From: an uncultured Bacteroidaceae bacterium | GTDB taxonomy: Bacteria > Bacteroidota > Bacteroidia > Bacteroidales > Bacteroidaceae | Length of the DNA: 64,000 bases | Direction: 5' to 3' | NCBI GenBank assembly: GCA_964415385.1 | Contig: CAYPZK010000002.1 | Coordinates: 46,320 to 110,319 of the forward strand | Part shown: positions 46,101 to 55,900 of the stretch, piece by piece | Layout of the letters: each line of letters begins with the position of its first letter | Numbering within the stretch: position 1 is the stretch's first letter | Notes under the pieces: model-generated | The model's input: only the letters and a program-made list of their open reading frames with translations | Told to the model about the DNA's origin: nothing | The model's database searches: none | Translations under genes and position numbers: made by a program

Positions 46101-48353
46101 AACGAGAAAGAACGCGAGCAATCCACACTCGCGGTATATGAGGCGGAAGCGCAGGCGATGCGCGACTTCCTGAAGGAATACGGCAGCTATCAGCAGCAGA
46201 AACTGGCCATAGCGGAAGACTACGCCGAGAAGATAAAGAACGCGCAAACAGCGGGTGAGCGGAAGAGTCTGGAGAAAGAACGCGACAAGGCGTTGGAGCA
46301 GGTTGATGTGGAAGCGTTGAAGCAGAGCATCGACTGGGGTTCGCTGTTCGGCGAGTTCGGGGCTATGTTCAAGGATCAGCTGGAGCCTACGATAGCGAAA
46401 TTGCGCGGCATCACAAGGAGCGATGGCTTCAAGCAAGGCAGTGTTGAAGACCAGCAAATCGTGTATGGGCTGATCTCGAAGCTCGAGCAAAGCGCGACGG
46501 TGTGGGATGGCGACATCTTCAAGAAGGTGAGCGACGACATGGAGGCATATCAGCGTTCGATGCAGGAACTGATAGCCGCGCAGGAGACGGAGAAAAACGT
46601 GTTCGATGAAACCTCGGTAGCGTTGGAACAAGCCAGGTCTAACGTAAGGAACGCCGAACTTGCCGATGATAAGGACGCGAAGGCGGTATGGCAGGCGGAG
46701 GTGAACCGGCTGACCATGAAGCAGCAGGAAGCGGGCGAGCGGGTGCAGGCGTGCAGCCGCGCTGCAAACGAGGCGACGGTGAACCTGAAGAGCAGCGCGG
46801 ACAGGGCGAAGAACATGTTCGAGGGCTTGGAGAGTGCCATCAGCGGACTGACGAGCGGTACGCTGAAAGGTGTCGGGCAGAGCCTGATGCAGTTTGACAA
46901 ACTGTTCGGCGGCAGTGAGATCACGAAGAAAGTGGGCAATGCGTTGGCTTCCGGCGTGCAAGGATTGCTGGGCAAGGACAGCGGCGTGAGCAAGGCTCTT
47001 TCCAAGGCGTTGGGCGACACGGGCATGATAGGCGATATACTGAGCGCGGTGCTGGGCATTTTCGACGCGATAGCGGAGAGTGGCATCAGCGGCATTGTCA
47101 CGAGCCTCCAGGACACCATATTGGGAGCCGTGGAGGGATTGCTTGACGATGTGTTCAGCGGCGACATCATTAGCAAGCCCCTTGGGAACATGGCGGAACA
47201 CCTGAACCATATCCTTGACACGGTGAGTTTCGGAGGTTTCTCGAAACTGACGGGCTGGCTTGGCGACGGGGAGAGCGACAAGAACCTGGAGCGCGACCTG
47301 GAGCGGCTGAGCCAGAGCAACGACGACCTGAAACAGGCCATTGACAACCTGGCAGACGAGCTTGACGATGCGCACATGAGCGACGTGAGCGGCCTTTACG
47401 AGCAACAGAAGAAGAATATAGAGGAACTGGAGGCCAATGCGCAGGAAAGTATGCGACGCAGCGGTGCCGCCTATACGAACGGACACTGGTACAAAGCCTA
47501 TACCGACGGGCATCACTCCTCGAACCACAAGATCAACAAAGGCATGAGCAGTGCGGAGTGGGACGCCATCAGCGATCTGTTGGGGAAGAGTGTGCGGAGC
47601 GCCGGCGACTTCTGGGCGTTGTCGAGCAAGGAGATGTACGAGGTGGCCACCATGCTGACGAGCGAGTACACCCACATCAAGGACTTGGCGGATGACGGCT
47701 ATAAGGACGCGGCCCAGTTCATGGACGACTACATCGGCTACTGGAAGGAACTGGAGGAGATAGAGAACGCCTACAGGGAGAAGATGACCGGCATCTCGTT
47801 TGACACGGCGAAGAGTTCGTTCAACAGTCTGGTGAAAGACGTGAAGAACGGCACGAAGGAGATGATAGCCAGTGTGGACGACATGTTCGAGGACGCTATT
47901 CTGAACTGGCTGATGAGCGAGGAATACGGCGACCGCCTGCAACAGTGGTATGAGAAGTTCGCGGAATACATGCAGGGCGGGCTGAAGAAATGGGAGGCCG
48001 ACGAATTGCGGGCGTGGTACGGCGAGATCTTCGACGACATGAACAAGGAGCGCGATGCGGCGTATGACGCCGCGGGCATCGACCCCGACTCGGATGGCAC
48101 GACGCAAAGCGGGAAGAGCGGCAGTTTTGAGACGATGACCCAGGACCAGGGCACGAAGCTTGAGGGATTATTTACGAGCGGGCAGCAGCACTGGGCGAGC
48201 ATGGACGAATTGCTGCGGGGCATCAGCGACCGCTGGGGCGGCATGCTTGAAAGCCTTGGCGCGCTTGTGGAGAACACGAGCCATTGCGTGAGGCTGAAGG
48301 ACATCGCGGAGGACATAGAGAAGATCCGCAGGGACGGCATAAAAATGAGATAA
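43140..48353 (+). CDS. tail tape measure protein
   Basis: 1737 aa. Long Ala/Glu/Lys-rich helical protein following the chaperone pair. Confidence 0.85.
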   Translation: MKPVQIEFLMKGNLKEGMMEAQGVAAGLDGTLSGLRNTLAGLFAADKLTDFVRKIMDVRGEVESLQISFETLAGVTKGRELFGDIKDYAVSTPMMMQDLAKGAQTLLAFNIEAEKVMPILREIGDISMGDSQKFNSLTLAFAQMSSTGKLMGQDLLQMINAGFNPLTVIAEKTGKSMSELKDEMSAGKISVEMVSDAFASATAEGGKFNGMLEKQSKGMKGAMSNLEGAWEDALNGMGEKGESFLVDVIDLTTEAVKNFDKLGTAILMVVAAYGEYKGVLMAVQAYQSMIAKQKQTIEADRVSELQGLVDKYKASLDTEAVNAETAATQANTAAKNGNAAAIDAEVRAMEEELRAKVATAEANYNEATSQAAAASLRVDDANEAVRAAEEQYEAVLKLGDGEAIERAELELNTAASDANSAAKNLQAARSDVAAAAEQKEAAATRLSTFQTQVDTIQKNANTKATGLWAAATNLCTKAVNGLKAAFLSNPFGIALVAITSIIGLLSMFSSETDDASDSLDRFRKKVLEEQSQLNSYYAVLTNVEKGSKSYQAALEGINTLAREYNLQQIGVNDTLEEQKQKYDALTEAIRRQAAEKTLSEAVSTANENAMKAEKEAMEDLMDAAGDATYKTVEQTVEDVDGVSVSVSKVVDEASANIRQITSATWNMISTDVMSHSQQISAAFAKSQEDGEKAVEDEVATIEGILRSLGVTDKEIEGFHDDLYDYVETSAQGFKTAYSELARTKAQLQGIANATEEAKETANTAIADMNYEQLVKEAQRVQGEIDKLNDKPVKVKTDNTELEELKSLLEQINGLLPQKLTEGSEADLSQRLKDAQEKRSKALPGSKEWKDANKEVGKLNARLTNLRGQHAESTGKGGSKNSLVEKRREQQRERLRQIEDMAVETRQFEIDKMSEGTDKTLAQAKLDYDKRKTEIQRSYEDLKQEKIEAARKLWEANPKNKDKVFDASTVDTAYTEEEQKNYQAAIAANEKEREQSTLAVYEAEAQAMRDFLKEYGSYQQQKLAIAEDYAEKIKNAQTAGERKSLEKERDKALEQVDVEALKQSIDWGSLFGEFGAMFKDQLEPTIAKLRGITRSDGFKQGSVEDQQIVYGLISKLEQSATVWDGDIFKKVSDDMEAYQRSMQELIAAQETEKNVFDETSVALEQARSNVRNAELADDKDAKAVWQAEVNRLTMKQQEAGERVQACSRAANEATVNLKSSADRAKNMFEGLESAISGLTSGTLKGVGQSLMQFDKLFGGSEITKKVGNALASGVQGLLGKDSGVSKALSKALGDTGMIGDILSAVLGIFDAIAESGISGIVTSLQDTILGAVEGLLDDVFSGDIISKPLGNMAEHLNHILDTVSFGGFSKLTGWLGDGESDKNLERDLERLSQSNDDLKQAIDNLADELDDAHMSDVSGLYEQQKKNIEELEANAQESMRRSGAAYTNGHWYKAYTDGHHSSNHKINKGMSSAEWDAISDLLGKSVRSAGDFWALSSKEMYEVATMLTSEYTHIKDLADDGYKDAAQFMDDYIGYWKELEEIENAYREKMTGISFDTAKSSFNSLVKDVKNGTKEMIASVDDMFEDAILNWLMSEEYGDRLQQWYEKFAEYMQGGLKKWEADELRAWYGEIFDDMNKERDAAYDAAGIDPDSDGTTQSGKSGSFETMTQDQGTKLEGLFTSGQQHWASMDELLRGISDRWGGMLESLGALVENTSHCVRLKDIAEDIEKIRRDGIKMR

Positions 48354-48357
48354 GGCA

Positions 48358-48831
48358 ATGGCACAGGAGAAAGACATATTGAGCGGCCAGGTGCTGGTGA
48401 ACGGCGTGGATCTGTGGACGGCCTACGGAGTTTTCCTCAGGGAGGAGCGCAAGGGCGGTCATGACAACCTGAACGCGTTGCTGGCACCGGCGAAGATGAA
48501 GAGCCATGTGTCGGTGAACATCAGGGAGCAGGACGGCGAGGAGATGAGTGCGAAGTTGGACGCACGGAGCGAAGGCAGGGACGTGACGCTTCATTTCGCC
48601 CTGCGTGCGGAAAGCCCTTCGGCTTTTGTTAGCGGTTATGCCAGTTTTGTGAGACTCCTGAAGGAGGGCGAGGACGGCTGGCTGACATTGAAGTTCCCTA
48701 CGCTTGGGCTGGAGATGAAGGTGTACGCCGTGGAGTGGTCGAGCTTTACGGCCATCAGCAACCTGTGGGTGAGCGGCAAGCAGTGCGGGGCTTTCAAGGT
48801 GAAATTCAGGGAACCCGTATCCTCGTTCTAA
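48358..48831 (+). CDS. distal tail protein-like
   Basis: 157 aa, immediately after the tape measure. Positional call. Confidence 0.5.
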   Translation: MAQEKDILSGQVLVNGVDLWTAYGVFLREERKGGHDNLNALLAPAKMKSHVSVNIREQDGEEMSAKLDARSEGRDVTLHFALRAESPSAFVSGYASFVRLLKEGEDGWLTLKFPTLGLEMKVYAVEWSSFTAISNLWVSGKQCGAFKVKFREPVSSF

Positions 48832-48855
48832 CGGTATTCAAACGGCATTGGAATC

Positions 48856-51800
48856 ATGATAACGATATACGGAAGCGACGGCACGCAGAAGTGCAAGATA
48901 GAGCCGGGGAGCAGCAGCCGGCAGGACAAGGTGTTGCAGGGCGACAATGTGCTGTCGCTCTCGTTCACGCATTACGCCTTTTTGGAACTTGACGTGAACG
49001 ACTGGTGCGACTTCGAGGGCGAGCGTTACTGGCTGATGGAGAAGTACCTGCCCAAGGAGAAGAGCAAGGGCGAGTGGGAATACGACGTGAAGCTGTACGG
49101 CATCGAAAGCCTTGTGAAGCGCTTCCTCGTGCTGAACAATACGGACGGGCAGAACGAGGCCGTGTTCACGCTGACCGCGCCCGCAAGCGAGCATGTGCGC
49201 TTAATTGTGGAGTGCATCAACAACGGGATGGACAACACGACCAACTGGAAGGTTGGCGAGGTGGTGGAGACGGAGAATCTGACCATCGACTACGAGGGAA
49301 CGTACTGCGACGAGGCGTTGAAGAAGGTGGCGGAAGCTGCGGAAACGGAATGGTGGATAGAGGGAAATACGGTGAATGTAAGCCGCTGTGAGCATGGAGA
49401 GGAACTGACGCTGCGCTACGGGGAGAGCCTGACCTCGCTGGAACGCGACGAGGCGGACAATGTGAAGTTCTACACGCGCCTGTTCCCGATAGGGAGCAGC
49501 CGGAACATCGACGCGGCGAAGTACGGGCACAGCCGCCTGCAGCTGCCGGACGGTGCGAAGTATGTGGACATGGACGACCTTGTGGCGAAATACGGCGTCA
49601 TCCACCACTACGAGCAGGAGTCGTTCAGCGACATCTATCCGAGACGGACCGGCACGGTGAGCGCCGTGCGGCAAGAAGAGACCAAGGACACGGACGGCAA
49701 CGCTTTCACGATATATTATTTCAAGGACGAGGGCTTGACTTTCGATCCCAACGACTACGAGATAGCCGGATTGGTGAAGCATGTGGCGTTTGAGAGCGGA
49801 GAGCTGGCTGGACGTGATTTCGAGGTGAATTATGACAGCCAGACGAAGGAGTTTGAGATTATCACCACGTGGCCCTACGACGACAACACACAGTTGCCAG
49901 GCGGCAGCCTTGTGCCGGCGGCGGGCAACACGTATATCCTGTGGAACATCCGCATGCCGGACGAATACTACACACTGGCTGAGCAGGAATTCAAGGAGGC
50001 TGTCGATGCCTACAACCAAAAGCACTGCATAGACGCCAGCGTGTACAAAGCCCCGACGAATCCCAAGTGGGTGGAACGCACAGGCGCGGATTTGTATGTG
50101 GGCCGCAGGGTGCGTTTGGAGAGCGCGGAGTTCTTCCCCGAGACGGGCTACAGGAGCAGCCGCATCACGCGTGTGACAAGGAAAGTGGACGACCCCGCGC
50201 AGATGGACTTGGAGATCAGCGATGCGGTGGGTACGGGCATGATGACGAAGATAGAGGACAGTATCGATGACGCGAAGAGTTATGCCGGTAGTGTGGTGGG
50301 GACGCTGAACGTGCCGGATGTCGTCCGCAGCTGGGACACCACTCCGGCGACGGACACGAACATATACAGCGCGAGGCGCTCGCATCTGGAGTTCCTGAGC
50401 AAGAAGCGCGCCGACAGGGCGAAGAAGCGCATCACCTTTGACGAGGGCATCGGGCTTGGCGACTTTGAGAGCGGGAAGCAAGGCGGCGAGATGGACGGCG
50501 AGGGCAACGGCGAGTTGCTGTCGCTGATTGTAAGGACATTCCTGCGCGACCCCAACTTCCAGAGCGGCTTCACGGGCAAGGGCTGGAAGCTGTGGATGGA
50601 GGAGGGCTTGTCGCGTCTTGAGATAGACCGTCTGACGGTAAGGCAGATCATGACCGTGTTCGAGCTTGTCATAGACCGCATCAGAGCCGTTGGTGGGCAA
50701 ATCGTGGTGAGTGCGGCCAACGGCAAGATAAAGACCGTGGAGGACACGGGTGATGCATACAAGCTGACCTTTGAGGACGGAAACTATTTTCAGGCGCACG
50801 ACCTGATGCGCTGCCAGGTGCGTTTTAAGGGCACCGGCATCCGCTCGTACTGGGTGGAGGTGGCCAGCGTGGACGGGGAATCGGTGACGATAGCCAAGAG
50901 CGAGTTTGCGGACAGCGACACCAGCAACACCACGCCGCAGGTGGGCGACGAGGTGGTGTTGTTCGGGAACACAGAGGACACGCTGCGGCAGAACCTTATC
51001 ACCATATCGGCGACGGAGGACGGCCAGCCGCGCATCGACATACAGGACGGCGTGAAGTCAAAGAGCCTGGCGGACAGCCTGCGCACAAGGCTGGGCAACC
51101 TTGACGGTATCAGCGACCCGTGGTTTGGCGACAACCAGCCACACGGCAACGGCCTGTATGCGGACAACGCCTATTTGCGCGGCACGTTCCTGCTCTCGAC
51201 GGGCGAGGACGTGAAGACGCTGTTTGAGGTCATTGAGGGCAAGATCCGCAGCAGCGTGGAGGCGTTGCGTCAGGACTTTGTGGAGGACCGGGGCTTTCTG
51301 AGCAACCCGACGTTCGGGGACGGCCTGAGCAAATGGCAGACGGAGAGCAAGACGATCTTCTGGCTGGCAGGGAGCAAGTGGATATGGGCGAACGGTGCGG
51401 CGCTGTCGAAGAAAGGCGACGGCGCTACGCTGATGGAGGACGACGGGCGGATTGTGGTGCGCCTGCGTGACGGCTACATCGTGCAGAAGCTGGCGAACAT
51501 GCAGAGCGTGCCGAACTTCACGGAGAACAGCGACGGGGAGAAAGAGCCCTGCGCGGTGTATGTGAGCTTCATGTACCGCTGCGCGAAGGCGGGAACGCTG
51601 AAAGTGGCTTTCGACGGCGTGGACAAGACAGGCTTCGAGAACTTCAACAGCATGGAAGTGGAAGAGGAAATAGCCGTGACGGAGGGCTACCGGCAGTGGA
51701 CGGGCAGCGGCCTGTGGAACGGGACGGGCGACTTCAAGCTGAGCTTCACGGGCGAGATGACGCTGTACCTGGTTGTGCTGAGCACGGACAGGGTGGAGGC

Positions 51801-52947
51801 GCTGACGTACAAGTACCGGACACTGCTGGAGCAGAGCGAGAAACTGGTGAGGATAGCAGCGCAGAACTTCGACCAGGACGGGAACGTCTTGAGCGAGAGC
51901 GGCATCATGGTGAAAGCGAGTGGCAGTGGCATCTATGCGCAGACAGCGGACGGAAAGGTGGCGCTCATCGGCGTGGCCGTGACGGAGACCGGCAGCGACG
52001 GTACGGAGAAAACCGTGATCAAGCTGACGGCGGACAACATCCAATTAGAGGGTTTGGTGACGGCGAACGGGAACTTCAAGATACTGGAGGACGGGAGCAT
52101 CGAGGCCGTGAACGGCAAGTTCGGCGGGGAGGTGAACGCCACGAGCGGTAAGATAGGGGGCTTCACGATCAAGGAAAACAGCATAGATACCGACGATGAC
52201 GGCGTGCTGAAGATAGGCGGCGAGGACTTCAACACGCGCTTCGGCACGACGAGCGGTGAGAAGACGGTGCAGGTCCAGGGCGGCATTGGTCAGAGCATAC
52301 CTGCGGAGTACCAATTCGCGTACAAGGAGAACAACCGTCTGACGGTGCGCAACACGGGTACGGGGAAATACGACTGGCTGAACATCCTCGTGGCGAACGT
52401 GATGGACATCGACTATTACAAGAGCACGAGCAGCACGGTGGCGGCCCGTAACCGCTACGGCTACCAGTTCGCGATGTGCGGGAGTGGCCATGTGGTGCAG
52501 GACGGCATCGTGGAGGGCATGTGCCTCGACGTGATAGACAACTATACGGCGAACAACCAGTACCAGCTGATCCAGCCGCCGATGTGGTGCAACCGCATCT
52601 GCGTGGACAGCGGGGACTACACGAACTGCATCGTGATACTGCCCGACAAATACTCGCTGTGGTCGTGCATGGGGTGTGGCTTTTTGACGACGGATACGGC
52701 GAAGAAATTCTCGTTCAGGATAGACATCATCAACACGGGCGGCAAGACGGTGTACGTGGCTGGCTGGAACAGCAGCAAGGTGTCGAGCGGCGAGAAGGTG
52801 TTTGAGAACACGGACTTTCCGATGGTGTACAAGAACGGGAGCCAGGGGACGGACATGACGGACTTCGCGCTGGGGTCGAACAAGGTGATGAGCCTGTTGC
52901 TGGTGTATGACGGGACGGACTACAAGGCATTCATATTGAATTCATAA
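48856..52947 (+). CDS. large tail tip / tail-associated (Tal-like) structural protein
   Basis: 1363 aa. The N-terminal ~350 aa resemble siphovirus tail-tip proteins and the position fits. Confidence 0.6.
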   Translation: MITIYGSDGTQKCKIEPGSSSRQDKVLQGDNVLSLSFTHYAFLELDVNDWCDFEGERYWLMEKYLPKEKSKGEWEYDVKLYGIESLVKRFLVLNNTDGQNEAVFTLTAPASEHVRLIVECINNGMDNTTNWKVGEVVETENLTIDYEGTYCDEALKKVAEAAETEWWIEGNTVNVSRCEHGEELTLRYGESLTSLERDEADNVKFYTRLFPIGSSRNIDAAKYGHSRLQLPDGAKYVDMDDLVAKYGVIHHYEQESFSDIYPRRTGTVSAVRQEETKDTDGNAFTIYYFKDEGLTFDPNDYEIAGLVKHVAFESGELAGRDFEVNYDSQTKEFEIITTWPYDDNTQLPGGSLVPAAGNTYILWNIRMPDEYYTLAEQEFKEAVDAYNQKHCIDASVYKAPTNPKWVERTGADLYVGRRVRLESAEFFPETGYRSSRITRVTRKVDDPAQMDLEISDAVGTGMMTKIEDSIDDAKSYAGSVVGTLNVPDVVRSWDTTPATDTNIYSARRSHLEFLSKKRADRAKKRITFDEGIGLGDFESGKQGGEMDGEGNGELLSLIVRTFLRDPNFQSGFTGKGWKLWMEEGLSRLEIDRLTVRQIMTVFELVIDRIRAVGGQIVVSAANGKIKTVEDTGDAYKLTFEDGNYFQAHDLMRCQVRFKGTGIRSYWVEVASVDGESVTIAKSEFADSDTSNTTPQVGDEVVLFGNTEDTLRQNLITISATEDGQPRIDIQDGVKSKSLADSLRTRLGNLDGISDPWFGDNQPHGNGLYADNAYLRGTFLLSTGEDVKTLFEVIEGKIRSSVEALRQDFVEDRGFLSNPTFGDGLSKWQTESKTIFWLAGSKWIWANGAALSKKGDGATLMEDDGRIVVRLRDGYIVQKLANMQSVPNFTENSDGEKEPCAVYVSFMYRCAKAGTLKVAFDGVDKTGFENFNSMEVEEEIAVTEGYRQWTGSGLWNGTGDFKLSFTGEMTLYLVVLSTDRVEALTYKYRTLLEQSEKLVRIAAQNFDQDGNVLSESGIMVKASGSGIYAQTADGKVALIGVAVTETGSDGTEKTVIKLTADNIQLEGLVTANGNFKILEDGSIEAVNGKFGGEVNATSGKIGGFTIKENSIDTDDDGVLKIGGEDFNTRFGTTSGEKTVQVQGGIGQSIPAEYQFAYKENNRLTVRNTGTGKYDWLNILVANVMDIDYYKSTSSTVAARNRYGYQFAMCGSGHVVQDGIVEGMCLDVIDNYTANNQYQLIQPPMWCNRICVDSGDYTNCIVILPDKYSLWSCMGCGFLTTDTAKKFSFRIDIINTGGKTVYVAGWNSSKVSSGEKVFENTDFPMVYKNGSQGTDMTDFALGSNKVMSLLLVYDGTDYKAFILNS

Positions 52948-52978
52948 TAAAACAAGGAAACAACAAAACCAAAGAAAT

Positions 52979-55900
52979 ATGGCAACGATGACAGACGAGG
53001 AGCGCAGTGCGCTGAAGAGTGAACTGAAGAACGAGGTTCTGGAAGAGATAAAGAGCGGGAGCAACGACATAACGGAACTTGATACGGTCGATACGCTTGA
53101 CAATGTCAAGAGCTTGCCCGCCTTACAGGATGAGACGCTTGTTCTTGCGCCAATATCTTTGTTGGGAAAACCAGCGACTGAAGCGGCTGAGACGGCTAAC
53201 GCGGCGGCTAAAGTGGCAAACGCGGCAGCGGAGAAAGCCGACGATGCGGCGGATACGGCTGTCCATGCGGCGAGTGCGGCCAACGATGCGGCGGAATCGG
53301 CGCAGAAAGTGGTGAGTGCCGCCGTGGTGGTGAGCGGAACGGGCGAGAAGAGCGTGACGCAGGATGGCAATGACAACGTGGCGAGCGGCGACAACTCGGT
53401 GGCGTTCGGGCAGAGCAATACCGTGAGCGGAAAGAACTCGGTGGCCCTTGGCCAGGACAACGAGGCGACGGGCAGCGAGAGCATCGCGCTGGGTGACGAC
53501 AATACGGCGAGCGGCAACAATGCGATAGCAGAGGGTCACCTGACGGTGGCGAGCGGGAGCAGCAGCCACTCGGAGGGCAACAGCACGGAGAGTGCGGGCA
53601 AGTACAGCCATGCGGAAGGCCTTGGAACGAAGGCCGTAGGCGTTGCGAGCCATGCCCAGGGCCAGTACAACGTGGGAAACGATGACACCTTGGACGAGGT
53701 TGGCATGGGCACGTCGGACACGGATCGGAAGAATGCCGAGGAGACGAAGACGGACGGCAAGAAATACCTTGTGGGCGTTGGCGGCTACGACGGCACGAAC
53801 GCGGGTGCGGACGGTGTGGAGAGCGTGCAGGAGGTGATAGAAGGCATGGAGAGCGCGGACGAGAAAGCCCTGTCGGGCATGACGGTCCGCTTTGACGGCT
53901 TTGTGTCCGGCACCACGATTTCTGGGCAGGCTTCGCGCGCCACGACGAGCGTGTATTATGACACGGAGAACAAGCGGTTCGTGTACAAGACGGAGACGGG
54001 TACGATGGTGACGGCATGGGGCGACGACACGGACTTGTACATGAATGCGGACCGCACCGAGATACTGAAGGACAGGTGCTACCTGCTGGACGGTACACTG
54101 TATGCGTGGAGCGAAAAGGAGGGCACGCTTGCGGAGGCAGGCGGCAGCGGAAGTGGCAGCGGCTTCTACAACGTGACGCAAGAGCAGCCATTGGCAGACG
54201 GCACATACTACACGAAGGACACGGCCATCGCAGCCCTGGCGGACGCCAAGGTCAAGGACGAGGACAAGCCCGGCATGATAGTGACCTTTGAGCAGAGCGC
54301 GGGCGTGTGGGCGGACTACCGTTTTGTCGGGAGCAGCATCGACAGTTTCCTGTTGCCCGCAAGCTGGGAGGAATACGGCGGCAAGATAAAGAGCGTGTCG
54401 CTGAACGGCACGGACATCACGCCCGACAGCAACGGCAATGTGGCTCTCGCGATTGACCAAATCAGCGTGGACGAGAGCCTGGACGAGAGCAGCACCAATC
54501 CCGTGCAGAATGCCGTCGTGGCAAGCAAGATAAACGAGATCAGCGACGCGGCGGTCGGCGGTGTGGAAGTCATATCGGACGACGAGAAGAACACGCTCAA
54601 CATCCTCAACAAGAAAGGCACGGTGATAGCCAGCGCGGAGTTCACGGGCGGAGGCGGCAGCGGCACTTCGACCGCGAGCCGCATCGTCCTGACGGCGGCA
54701 CTCGACAAGACACAGGTCAAGGAGGGCGGCACGGCGGAACTCACTTACAGTTACAACCACGTGAACAGCGACAACGAGGCGGACGGCATCAAGGCCGACA
54801 TCACCGTGACCATACAACGCGGCACGACCAAGACCTACGAGCAGACCATCAAGGACGTTAGTGCGGGAACATACACACTTGACGTTTCGGAATATCTGCT
54901 TGCGGGTACGATGGACATCTATGTGAAAGCCGTCGCCACGACCGCCGAGGGCACGCAGCAGACGAAGCAGGCGTATGTGAGTTTGCAGGTCATCACCCTT
55001 ACGCTCACTTCAAGTTATAATCTCGGCACCAATATCGCACAAGGCGGCTACAAGAACACTGACACGATAGAGATACCGTTCACCATCACGGGCAGCGGCA
55101 CGAAGGACGTATCGATGTACCTGGACGGCGGCACGACCCCGACCGTCCAGACGATTAACAAGAGCGGCACGGTCAACGGATCATTCACCATCCAAGGCTC
55201 GGCACTTACCGCAGGGCGGCACACCGTGCAATTGGTGGCGGAGCGCAGCGGCCTGAAGTCGGACAGCATCTTCATCGATATCCTGAAAGCAGGTAACGAC
55301 GCGGCGTTTGTGGGCGTGAAATACACCGACACGGACGGCACGATACTGACGGGCGACGACATCACGCCGACGATCAAGGCGGCGCAGTACGAGACCATGA
55401 GCTTCCAGTACATCGCATACGACCCCGACACCACGCCCGCCACGGTGGAGGTTTGGCTCAACTCGAAACTAAGCCAGACCATCAACGCGCCGCGCACGAT
55501 GCAGACCTACACCAACCGCCCGACGGAGCAGGGAACGCAGACACTGGAGTTGAAAATCGGCAGCGTGAGCCGGACGGTGAGCGTGAACGTGGTGGAAAGC
55601 AGCATCGACATCAGCGAGGCGACCTACGGCTTGGTTGCGAAGTTGAGCGCGGCAGGCAGGAGCAACGGTGAGGCCGACCCTGCCGTCTGGGAAAGCGGCG
55701 ACATCAAGACCACGTTCAGCGGGATGGACTGGAGCAGCAACGGCTGGACGGGCGACGCGCTGAAACTGACGAACGGTGCAAAGGCCGTGATAGGCTACCA
55801 GCCGTTCAAGAGCGACGTCAAGAGCACGGGCCTGACGGTGGAGGTGACGATGCGCGTGAGCAACGTGATGACGCGCACCGCTCCCGTGTTGAGCTGCATC